In this document: piece after piece, positions 9,068 to 18,026 of the stretch
Numbering within the stretch: position 1 is the stretch's first letter
How the letters are laid out: every line of letters begins with the position of its first letter
Assembly: GCA_009392195.1 (NCBI GenBank)
Contig: VFGY01000024.1
Span: 20,481 to 84,480 of the forward strand
Reading direction: 5' to 3'
Length of the DNA: 64,000 nucleotides
From: SAR202 cluster bacterium
Lineage (GTDB): Bacteria > Chloroflexota > Dehalococcoidia > Lucifugimonadales > OSU-TB39
Made by a program: the position numbers and the translations under genes
The notes under the pieces: generated by a model
Database searches by the model: none
Told to the model about the DNA's origin: nothing
The model's input: the letters and a program-made list of their open reading frames with translations, nothing else

Positions 9068-10327
9068 ATGACCAAAGGCGACATTAAAGATATAAATTTA
9101 TCAAGAAAAGGTAAACAAAGAATTGAATGGGCAGCAAGAGAAATGCCCGTTTTAAACTCAATTAAATCTAGGTTTAAAGAGGAACAACCTCTTAAGAATC
9201 TACGTATATCTGCTTGTTTACACGTAACAACAGAAACTGCCAATTTGGCGATAACTTTGAAAGAAGGTGGAGCCGATTTAGTATTATGTGCTAGCAACCC
9301 GCTAAGTACTCAGGATGATACAGCAGCGGCACTGGTTTCTGAATATGAAATACCTACATACTCAATTCGAGGTGAAGACACAGATACCTACTACCAACAT
9401 ATTGATGAGGCTTTAGAACATAAACCTCATTTCACACTTGATGATGGGGCTGACCTTGTAACAAAACTCCATACAGAACGCCAAGACATAATAGAAAATG
9501 TTCAAGGTGGCTGCGAAGAAACAACTACAGGGGTTATACGCCTTAAAAGTCTTTCAAATGAAGGAAAATTAAAATACCCTATGATTGCCGTTAACGATGC
9601 CTCTACCAAACACCTTTTTGACAATAGATACGGGACAGGGCAGAGTACCTTGGATGGAATAACAAGAGCAACAAACATCCTATGGGCAGGTAAAAATGTA
9701 GTCATTATAGGTTACGGGTGGTGCGGTAGAGGAGTAGCTTTGCGAGCTAAAGGTATGGGAGCTCAAACAATCGTGGCAGAAGTAGATCCAATTAGAGCAT
9801 TGGAAGCAGCAATGGATGGCCACCAAGTTATGTCCATGGCAAATGCTTCATCTATAGGAGACGTTTTCATAACACTTACTGGAGGCATGCAAGCAGTTAG
9901 CTCAAATCATATTGAAAAGATGAAAGATGGAGCTATCATAGCTAATAGTGGGCATTTCAATGTGGAAATAGATATCGAAGGATTAAACAAAATCTCGTCT
10001 TCATCTAGAGAGGTTAGAGAATCTGTTGAAGAATTCAAACTGAATAACGGTAAATGCGTTTATCTATTAGGAGAAGGACGTTTAATAAATCTTGCCGCGG
10101 CTGAAGGTCATCCATCTGCAGTAATGGACATGAGCTTTGCGAATCAGGCCCTTTGCGTCGAATACTTGTCAAAAAACTCCGACAAGCTTGCAACAGATGT
10201 TTTCCCTGTTCCTCAAGAAATAGACAATCAAGTAGGTCAAATGAAACTTGATTCTATGGGAATGTCTGTGGATATATTGACTGAAGAACAAATCAAATAT
10301 CTCAATAGTTGGAATGTAGGCACATAA
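9068..10327 (+). CDS. ahcY: adenosylhomocysteinase
   Basis: 419 aa. Conserved blocks are present: NPLSTQDD, HLFDNRYGTGQS, GYGWCGRG, GHFNVEID. Confidence 0.96.
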   Translation: MTKGDIKDINLSRKGKQRIEWAAREMPVLNSIKSRFKEEQPLKNLRISACLHVTTETANLAITLKEGGADLVLCASNPLSTQDDTAAALVSEYEIPTYSIRGEDTDTYYQHIDEALEHKPHFTLDDGADLVTKLHTERQDIIENVQGGCEETTTGVIRLKSLSNEGKLKYPMIAVNDASTKHLFDNRYGTGQSTLDGITRATNILWAGKNVVIIGYGWCGRGVALRAKGMGAQTIVAEVDPIRALEAAMDGHQVMSMANASSIGDVFITLTGGMQAVSSNHIEKMKDGAIIANSGHFNVEIDIEGLNKISSSSREVRESVEEFKLNNGKCVYLLGEGRLINLAAAEGHPSAVMDMSFANQALCVEYLSKNSDKLATDVFPVPQEIDNQVGQMKLDSMGMSVDILTEEQIKYLNSWNVGT

Positions 10328-10369
10328 CATAACTTGGATAAAAACACTCAATTTTAATGGAGTAAAATC

Positions 10370-11587
10370 ATGACGTTTAGTTTTACCGAATCGGAATCTT
10401 ATCTATATACATCTGAATCAGTTACTGAAGGACACCCTGATAAATTATGTGACCAAATTTCAGATGCGATTTTAGATGCGTTTATCTCTCAAGATCCAAA
10501 CGCAAGAGTTGCTTGCGAAGTTTCTACTACAACTGGATTAATAGTAGTCATTGGAGAAGTTACCATAAATAAAGGATATGTTGATGTACCTGAAATCGTT
10601 AGGAATACAATCAAAAAGATTGGATATACCAACCCTGAGTTCGGGTTCGATTATAAATCCACAGGAGTATTAGTATCCATAGATAAACAGTCTGAAGATA
10701 TAGCCGGGGGTGTTGATGTTTCATTGGAAGCGCGTAGCCAAGAAAATACAGCAACTGATCCATTAGATACTCTTGGCGCTGGCGATCAAGGGATGATGGT
10801 TGGGTTTGCATGTAATGAAACTCCTGAGTTAATGCCGTTATCAATTTCTTTGGCCCATAAATTATGTAAGAAAATGTCAGATGTGAGAAAAAATGGCAAT
10901 GTTCCATTTCTCAGACCTGACGGAAAGGCACAGGTAACAATAGAATATTCTCGAGGCAAGCCAAAGCGAGTACACACAGTAGTACTTAGTACCCAACATG
11001 ACCCTGATGTTTCTCAAGATAAAATCGAAACCGCTCTTTTTGAAAAAGTCGTAAATGAAGTCCTACCAAAAACTTTAATAGACGATGATACCATTTATCA
11101 TATAAATCCTTCTGGTAGGTTTGTTATAGGTGGTCCAGTTGGCGATGCAGGGCTTACAGGCAGAAAAATCATAGTTGACACTTATGGAGGGGTAGCGAGA
11201 CATGGTGGCGGAGCATTCTCAGGAAAAGACCCGACAAAGGTCGATAGGTCAGCTGCATACGCAGCAAGACAAGTTGCAAAAACTATAGTTGCAGCTAATT
11301 TAGCTGATAGAGCTGAAATTCAATTGTCATATGCTATCGGGGTATCAAAACCAATCTCAATATCAGTCGAAACATTCGGCACTAACAAGATACCAGATGA
11401 GCAAATAATAGATGTCGTTAATAGGCATTTTGATTTAAGGCCAGGTGCAATAATAAACGATTTGAATTTAAAAAGGCCAATCTATTCACAAACTGCTGCA
11501 TACGGTCACTTTGGAAGAAGTGATTTAGACCTACCTTGGGAAAATATCGACAAAGCAAAAATCATCATGGATGAAATACTCAATTAA
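10370..11587 (+). CDS. metK: S-adenosylmethionine synthase
   Basis: 405 aa. Conserved blocks are present: [44 protein letters not shown]. Confidence 0.97.
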   Translation: MTFSFTESESYLYTSESVTEGHPDKLCDQISDAILDAFISQDPNARVACEVSTTTGLIVVIGEVTINKGYVDVPEIVRNTIKKIGYTNPEFGFDYKSTGVLVSIDKQSEDIAGGVDVSLEARSQENTATDPLDTLGAGDQGMMVGFACNETPELMPLSISLAHKLCKKMSDVRKNGNVPFLRPDGKAQVTIEYSRGKPKRVHTVVLSTQHDPDVSQDKIETALFEKVVNEVLPKTLIDDDTIYHINPSGRFVIGGPVGDAGLTGRKIIVDTYGGVARHGGGAFSGKDPTKVDRSAAYAARQVAKTIVAANLADRAEIQLSYAIGVSKPISISVETFGTNKIPDEQIIDVVNRHFDLRPGAIINDLNLKRPIYSQTAAYGHFGRSDLDLPWENIDKAKIIMDEILN

Positions 11588-11636
11588 AACCTCACCCCGA
11601 ATCATTAATCAAAAGGTGAATAGCAAGGAATAAAAA

Positions 11637-13064
11637 TTGAATGTTCCTATAAAATTTGGCACAGAAGGTTGGCGGGGCATCATAGCCGATGATTTTACTT
11701 TTGATAATGTAAGGTTATGTTCACAAGGGGTTGCTGAATTAGTTAACAGCAATAAACTTGAGGGCAATAAATCGGTGTTAATAGGTTATGACACTCGCTT
11801 CGGCTCTCAGTCTTTCGCCGAAGTAGCTGCAGAAACGATCGCTCGCAATGGAATACCCGTTTATTTATCGAATAAACCGGCTCCTACACCCGCTCTATCA
11901 TTCAATACCAAATACAATAACCATCAAGCCGCAATAATCATTACAGCTAGCCATAACTCATACAAATGGAATGGCTTTAAATTAAAACTAGCATATGGTG
12001 GCCCGGCTAATACCAAAATAATAACTGATTTAGAAACACAAATAGATAATCTATCAAAAAAAGAAAATCCTTTTCCGAACAAAAGAAACTCTAAGATCGA
12101 ATATTTTAACCCAGATGAAACTTACCTACCGCATATAAAAAAATTAGTTTCTATAGATTCAATACTAAATGCCAGATTATCAATAGTAATTGATGCAATG
12201 TGGGGAGTTGGTTCAGGATATTTATCTTCTTTATGTTCTGGAAATTTAAATAAAATAACCGAAATAAGATCTAAACATGACCCAATGTTCCCAAATATAG
12301 AACAACCCGAGCCAGTAGAGAAAAATCTTTCAAAGCTACAACAAGAGGTTATAAACACATCATCAGAAATAGGGTTAGCCAATGATGGAGATGCAGACCG
12401 ATTAGGAGTCGTTAACAAAAACGGAGCATACATATCTTCATTACAAATTTTCGCACTTTTGTGTATGCATCAACTAGAATTTCTTGGTAACAGAGCTCCA
12501 ATAGTCAAATCCATAACTATGACAAACATGATAGATAAACTAGGAAAATATTATAACGTTCCTGTTTTCAGCACTTCTGTTGGTTTCAAGAATATAGCTC
12601 CAATTATGGTTTCAAAAAATGCTATGGCTGCTGGCGAAGAAAGTGGAGGTTATGCTTTCAACAACAACATGCCCGAGCGCGATGGGATTCTAAGCGGACT
12701 ACTGTTGCTAGAAATGATGGCAGTTTCTGGGAAAAACCTTTCTGAATTGATTGAACTTCTTGAATCTAAAGTAGGTACTCATCATTACGACCGATTAGAT
12801 ATAAAAATACAAAATGACCAAAAAGATAAGTTAATCGCCAATTTGATTTCTTCTCCAATAACCAGTATAGGAAATAAAAAAGTTTTAGCTCGTGATACTA
12901 CTGATGGATTCAAATATACTCTTGATAATGAAGGATCTTGGTTACTAATTCGATTCTCTGGGACTGAGCCTCTACTCCGAATATATGCAGAGTGTCAAAA
13001 CCAAGAAGACACCCAAAATACTTTAAACTCAATGGCAAAAATTATGGGAATACACTCCAATTGA
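11637..13064 (+). CDS. phosphoglucomutase/phosphomannomutase family protein
   Basis: 475 aa, TTG start with an AAGGA SD. The phosphoserine loop is TASHNSYKWNGFK, the metal loop is NDGDADRLG and the sugar loop is GEESGG. Confidence 0.9.
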   Translation: MNVPIKFGTEGWRGIIADDFTFDNVRLCSQGVAELVNSNKLEGNKSVLIGYDTRFGSQSFAEVAAETIARNGIPVYLSNKPAPTPALSFNTKYNNHQAAIIITASHNSYKWNGFKLKLAYGGPANTKIITDLETQIDNLSKKENPFPNKRNSKIEYFNPDETYLPHIKKLVSIDSILNARLSIVIDAMWGVGSGYLSSLCSGNLNKITEIRSKHDPMFPNIEQPEPVEKNLSKLQQEVINTSSEIGLANDGDADRLGVVNKNGAYISSLQIFALLCMHQLEFLGNRAPIVKSITMTNMIDKLGKYYNVPVFSTSVGFKNIAPIMVSKNAMAAGEESGGYAFNNNMPERDGILSGLLLLEMMAVSGKNLSELIELLESKVGTHHYDRLDIKIQNDQKDKLIANLISSPITSIGNKKVLARDTTDGFKYTLDNEGSWLLIRFSGTEPLLRIYAECQNQEDTQNTLNSMAKIMGIHSN

Positions 13065-13079
13065 CTTATAATACACTCA

Positions 13080-15836
13080 ATGGTAAATAACACTCAATTT
13101 CAATCGGAACGAAAACCTGCCAACCCTAAATATTCAATGATGCTAATAGACGGTCATGCAATGGTATACCGTGCATGGCATGCGATACAGCAACCCTTAA
13201 CATTATCCACTACTGGCGAAGATGTAAGAGCTGTTTTTGGATTCCTTAATATATTTTTCAGGTCCCTAGAAGAATGGAAACCAAAATATTGCGCTATTGC
13301 ATTTGATATGAAAGGTCCTACCTTCCGACACGCCATATATGAACACTATAAAGCCAATCGTCCTAAAATGCCTGTCGAATTAAGACCTCAATTCAATCAT
13401 GTTAGAAATATTATCAACTCATTTTCAATACCTATACTGGAAAAGGAAGGCTTTGAAGCAGATGATATTTTAGGAAGTCTATGCAAATTTAGCGATGATA
13501 ACAAAATCCGAACAATATTAATCACTGGTGACACAGATGAATTGCAACTTGTTTCAGATTCAGTTCAAGTGATGCTAAGTTATAGCAAACAGCAAAAACA
13601 TCTTTATGACCGACATGGAGTTGAACAAAGATACTCTGGAGTAACTCCATCAAACATACCCGATTTTAAGGCTTTGCAAGGAGATGTTTCAGATAATATA
13701 CCGGGAGTACCTGGGATTGGTGCTAAAACTGCTTCAAGGCTACTAGTCGAGCATGGAAGCCTCGAAAACATATTTTCAAAAATAGATCAAATTGAACCCA
13801 ATCGGATTAAAGAATCTTTAATTGCAAATAAAGATCAAGCTTTAGAAGGAAAATTGCTTGCAACAATAGTCAAAAACATTCCTTTAGAGATTTCATTAAA
13901 AGATATGGAGTTGACGTCATATGATCGTAAAAAAGTGACTGACCAACTTTCTACGCTTGAATTTTTTACATTAATACCTAGAATCCCCAAATATTTGGAC
14001 CGGCCCACCGAAACTAATACAAAACTTAGTTCTTCGGAAAATGTCAGTTTAATAAAAATTACCGACACAAACCAATTGGATTTTTTGATTAATTCAATAA
14101 ATTCATCAAAGGAATTTGCATTAGCTCTACATGAATCAAAAATGTCGAAAAATTCTAACCAATTAAGTGGCATCGCCTTTGATTTAGGTAAGAAAAGTAA
14201 TTGGTATTTACCAATAGTTGATGAACCTTCAAAAAATGTTGGTAATGAATTCTTAAACCGATTAAAACCCATTTTTGAATCTCCTAAAATATCGAAATTA
14301 ACCCATGATGGTAACCACTTATCTTCCCTATTTCGTACTTATGGTATTAATCTCAAAAACATCAGATTCGATTCAATGATAGCAGCGCATCTTTGCGGGA
14401 AAAAATCGACAGACCTTGAGTCCCTATCAATTGAATATTTATCCAAAGAAATCGATTCCAATTCAAATGGAAATAATGAAATTGGAATCAACATCTGTAG
14501 TACCAAAGCCAACGCTATATTCAAATTGCAACCAATTTTAACCAAAGAAGCAATTTCAAAAAACGTCAATCATGTGATGGAAAAAATTGAAATTCCTTTG
14601 CTTCCTATCTTGGTTGATATGCAAGTTGAGGGGATTACATTAGATACAAATTATTTAGCTAGTATGTCCAAAGAACTCGATAAAAAAATTAATGAAATAA
14701 AAAAAGTGATATTTGCAATAGTCAACGCTGAATTTAACATAGGATCATCTCAACAATTAGGAAAAGTCCTATTCGAACAACTACAATTACCTCATTTCAA
14801 AAAAACCAAAACCGGATATTCCACAGACGCTAATACACTTGAAGGCATTAAACAACTTTTAGATAAAGATGAAAACAGTGAAGAATCTACCGAAGAGTCA
14901 TACAAAGTACTCACAAACGTACTTGAATACCGACAATTGACAAAAATTAAATCCACCTACACTGACTCATTACCGAAATTGGTACAGAAAGACAATCAAA
15001 AACTTCACACTAGATACAATCAGATTGGGACCAGTACAGGAAGACTTTCAAGCATTTCTCCAAATGTGCAAAATATACCAACCGGTACTATTATGGGGCA
15101 TAGCGTTAGAAAAGCTTTCGTAACATCCGATAAAAGTAACATCTTGATATCTGCTGATTATTCTCAAATTGAACTTAGAATTTTAGCTCATTTTTCTGAA
15201 GATTACGCACTAATTGAGCAATTCAATAACAAAAATGACATTCATAATGCAACAGCTTCATCTATTTTTGAAGTTGGAATCAATGATGTCACATCTGATA
15301 TGAGGCGAATTGCCAAAATAATGAATTTTGGAGTTCTATACGGTCTGAGTCCATTTGGGATCTCACAACAGACAGGTCTCACGCCCGAACAAGGTCAAAA
15401 ATTTATCGACGCTTATTTTAACTCCTACCCTAAAGTTCCTGAATACCTTGAATATACCAAATCACAAGCGAAAACAAACGGTTTTGTTGAAACATTTCTT
15501 GGAAGAAGAAGATATATCCCCGAAATTAATTCTTCCAATTTTCAAATTAGAAGTTCAGGAGAAAGAATGGCAGTTAATATGCCAATACAAGGAACGTCAG
15601 CAGACATAATAAAAATTTCAATGATCAATATACAAAATACTATAAATAATCTCAAGCTAAAATCAAAGATGCTTATTCAAGTCCACGATGAACTCATTTT
15701 TGAAAGCCCGGCCAATGAATTTGATCAAGTTTGTAGTATACTATATGAGAAGATGCCTAATGCTGTTAAATTGTCCGTACCTCTTGATATTGAAATTAAG
15801 TCAGGAGTAAACTGGAACGATATGAAAACCATTTAG
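13080..15836 (+). CDS. polA: DNA polymerase I
   Basis: 918 aa. It has a 5'-nuclease domain (LIDGHAMVYRAWHA, GDTDELQL), a central exo-like domain and pol motifs A (DYSQIELR), B (RRIAKIMNFGVLYG) and C (QVHDELIFE). Confidence 0.96.
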   Translation: MVNNTQFQSERKPANPKYSMMLIDGHAMVYRAWHAIQQPLTLSTTGEDVRAVFGFLNIFFRSLEEWKPKYCAIAFDMKGPTFRHAIYEHYKANRPKMPVELRPQFNHVRNIINSFSIPILEKEGFEADDILGSLCKFSDDNKIRTILITGDTDELQLVSDSVQVMLSYSKQQKHLYDRHGVEQRYSGVTPSNIPDFKALQGDVSDNIPGVPGIGAKTASRLLVEHGSLENIFSKIDQIEPNRIKESLIANKDQALEGKLLATIVKNIPLEISLKDMELTSYDRKKVTDQLSTLEFFTLIPRIPKYLDRPTETNTKLSSSENVSLIKITDTNQLDFLINSINSSKEFALALHESKMSKNSNQLSGIAFDLGKKSNWYLPIVDEPSKNVGNEFLNRLKPIFESPKISKLTHDGNHLSSLFRTYGINLKNIRFDSMIAAHLCGKKSTDLESLSIEYLSKEIDSNSNGNNEIGINICSTKANAIFKLQPILTKEAISKNVNHVMEKIEIPLLPILVDMQVEGITLDTNYLASMSKELDKKINEIKKVIFAIVNAEFNIGSSQQLGKVLFEQLQLPHFKKTKTGYSTDANTLEGIKQLLDKDENSEESTEESYKVLTNVLEYRQLTKIKSTYTDSLPKLVQKDNQKLHTRYNQIGTSTGRLSSISPNVQNIPTGTIMGHSVRKAFVTSDKSNILISADYSQIELRILAHFSEDYALIEQFNNKNDIHNATASSIFEVGINDVTSDMRRIAKIMNFGVLYGLSPFGISQQTGLTPEQGQKFIDAYFNSYPKVPEYLEYTKSQAKTNGFVETFLGRRRYIPEINSSNFQIRSSGERMAVNMPIQGTSADIIKISMINIQNTINNLKLKSKMLIQVHDELIFESPANEFDQVCSILYEKMPNAVKLSVPLDIEIKSGVNWNDMKTI

Positions 15837-15898
15837 GCGTTTTCGATGAGTCCTAAATCTATTTGATCAAATTCAAAAATTAACACTGGAGAACATCT

Positions 15899-16705
15899 AT
15901 GCAATCCGAAAATAAAACAATGGGTGAAATGATTAATGCATATTACGAAAGTATAACTGTAACCAAATCTTCCAAAAGCAAATCATCCAAAAAAGGGCTT
16001 ACAAACAAAGAAGTTATACGATTCGGTAAATGGTATGGATTTGAACAAAACGTAGTCGATATAACGCCAATTATGGTAGAAGAATATTCAAATAAAGTAT
16101 TGGCCAATAATCTATCTACAAATGTCAATAGTGTCCAAGAATTGCGTAAATTCATACGATTTATAAATCCAAAATTAACTACAGGATTAAGGTTAAAACG
16201 CAAACAAAAATTGAGCAAGAATTCCAGTGCTATTAATTCTGACTTATCTATATCCACGTTAACAAAAGCTGGATACAAAGCAAAATCTCAAGAACTAACA
16301 GAACATAAAAAAACAAGGATAGAAATAGCGGAACAAATCAAAATAGCTGCTGCAGACAAAGATGTAAGAGAAAATTCAGCACTTGAAGCCGCTAGAGAAT
16401 CATTAGGGAAATTAGAAGCTCAAATAAAAGAACTAGAAACTGTCTTAGCTAATTCGCAAGTAGTAAATGAGAAAACGTCAAAAAATCGCGTTTCAATCGG
16501 TTCTCAAGTGGTCTTACAAGAAACAGCCACAAAAAAATCTACTACCTACACAATCGTAGCTCCAATTGAAGCTAGTCCATTAGAAATGCGAATTTCGAGT
16601 CAATCACCAGTTGGAAAAGGAGTGCTACAGCATAAATCAGGGGATACTGTAGAAATAAAGACTCCTGGTGGTCTAGTCACCTATAAGATAAAGAAAGTTT
16701 CGTAA
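15899..16705 (+). CDS. Gre-family transcript cleavage factor with about 120-aa N-terminal extension
   Basis: 268 aa. Residues from about 120 to 268 align with a full GreA. The coiled coil has DVRENSALEAARE (cf. GDLKENAEYHAARE). The C-terminal domain has ISSQSPVGKGVLQHKSGDTVEIKTPGGLVTYKIKKV (cf. ISVNSPIARGLIGK..VIKTPGG). A GGAGAA SD lies 7 nt before the first ATG, which supports the long form. Confidence 0.75.
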   Translation: MQSENKTMGEMINAYYESITVTKSSKSKSSKKGLTNKEVIRFGKWYGFEQNVVDITPIMVEEYSNKVLANNLSTNVNSVQELRKFIRFINPKLTTGLRLKRKQKLSKNSSAINSDLSISTLTKAGYKAKSQELTEHKKTRIEIAEQIKIAAADKDVRENSALEAARESLGKLEAQIKELETVLANSQVVNEKTSKNRVSIGSQVVLQETATKKSTTYTIVAPIEASPLEMRISSQSPVGKGVLQHKSGDTVEIKTPGGLVTYKIKKVS

Positions 16706-16758
16706 TTTACATGAGCATACCAGATTTAAAGACTAAATATTAAACACGACGTAAAAAC

Positions 16759-18018
16759 TTGGAACACACTTTCGAACATATTGCTATACTCCTTATACAG
16801 ATAGCCTTCATATTCGTAATTGCGAAAATAGCCGGGGAACTCTGTGATAGAGTGATCAAAATACCTTCAGTGCTTGGAGAGCTTAGTGTTGGTATTGCTC
16901 TCAGTCCATTTGCGTTAGGTGCAATTGAAATCCCAATAATAGGTTCAATTTCAGGAGCTATAACTGACAACTTAAAAACAGGTCATTTTGCGATACCTGT
17001 TGAACCCGAAATATGGTTTTTGGGTCAAATTGGGGCTGTTATATTACTTTTTAATTCAGGTTTGGAAACAGATTTGAAATTATTTTTGAAATACTCCAAG
17101 CAAGCAACAATAGTAGCTATAGGAGGAATGGTTTTTCCATTTATTCTCGGTTTAGCGGTAATGGTTGCATTTGGATACAGCGATAATTTTGGTGATACTA
17201 AGGCTATTTTTATGGGCACAGTATTAACTGCAACATCCATTGGAATCACTGTAAGAGTTCTCAATGAATTGAAAAAATTAAGTAGTCCTGATGGTATAAC
17301 GGTACTTGGAGCTGCTGTCCTTGACGATGTACTAGGAATATTACTCCTTACTATTGTTGTAGGCATGACATCAAGCGAAAAAAGTCTTGCACTGATTGAC
17401 ATATCTATAATAATCGTTAAAACCTTAGGATTTTGGCTTGGTTTAACAATAATTGGAAGACTGTTATCAAATCAAATATCCAAAGTATTTGTTAAATTCC
17501 AATCTAGAGGTTCACTAATCGTACTTAGTTTATCTCTTGCATTCATTTCAAGTGGAGTAGCAGAATTTTTTGGAATTGCAATGATTATTGGTGCTTTCTC
17601 AATTGGTATCGCACTATCTGGAACTGAATTAGGTGAAAAAATTGAGAAGCCAATGCACGATGTATCAGCAATATTTGTACCTATTTTCTTCGTGACTACC
17701 GGCATGTTGGTAGATTTAACAACAATTGCTAGTTATTGGCAATTTGGGGCAATATTATCAATAGCAGGAATAATAGGAAAAGTATTCGGTTCAGGAGCTG
17801 CAGGAATTTTGGCAGGATTTAAACCAAAAGAATCGCTAAAAATTGGTTTTGGGATGCTACCAAGAGGAGAAGTTGCTCTTATTATGGCGGCAATAGGAAT
17901 AGCTTCAGGTGCGCTTACCAAAAACCTTTATGGAGCCGTTATAATGATGACTTTCATCACAACATTATTAGCACCTATAGTACTATCATATCTATATAAA
18001 ACTGATAATCAAAAGTAA
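16759..18018 (+). CDS. cation:proton antiporter (CPA2 / Kef-NapA type)
   Basis: 419 aa with about 12 TM helices. The N-terminal pattern IAKIAGELCDRVIKIPSVLGELSVGIAL is typical of the Na_H_Exchanger family. TTG start. Confidence 0.85.
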   Translation: MEHTFEHIAILLIQIAFIFVIAKIAGELCDRVIKIPSVLGELSVGIALSPFALGAIEIPIIGSISGAITDNLKTGHFAIPVEPEIWFLGQIGAVILLFNSGLETDLKLFLKYSKQATIVAIGGMVFPFILGLAVMVAFGYSDNFGDTKAIFMGTVLTATSIGITVRVLNELKKLSSPDGITVLGAAVLDDVLGILLLTIVVGMTSSEKSLALIDISIIIVKTLGFWLGLTIIGRLLSNQISKVFVKFQSRGSLIVLSLSLAFISSGVAEFFGIAMIIGAFSIGIALSGTELGEKIEKPMHDVSAIFVPIFFVTTGMLVDLTTIASYWQFGAILSIAGIIGKVFGSGAAGILAGFKPKESLKIGFGMLPRGEVALIMAAIGIASGALTKNLYGAVIMMTFITTLLAPIVLSYLYKTDNQK

Positions 18019-18026
18019 CCCCTTAC

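Noticed and set aside
9025-9297. 90-aa minus-strand ORF overlapping the ahcY start
   Set aside because: It is a shadow ORF opposite a highly conserved gene.
13835-14272. Long antisense ORFs inside well-supported genes. This one is in polA. Others are at 17025..17402, 19595..19957, 33684..34040, 39828..40229, 50602..50973, 3175..3513 and 8686..8997.
   Set aside because: Each lies opposite a CDS with strong family motifs. They have no SD and a low-complexity or hydrophobic composition typical of shadow ORFs in AT-rich DNA.
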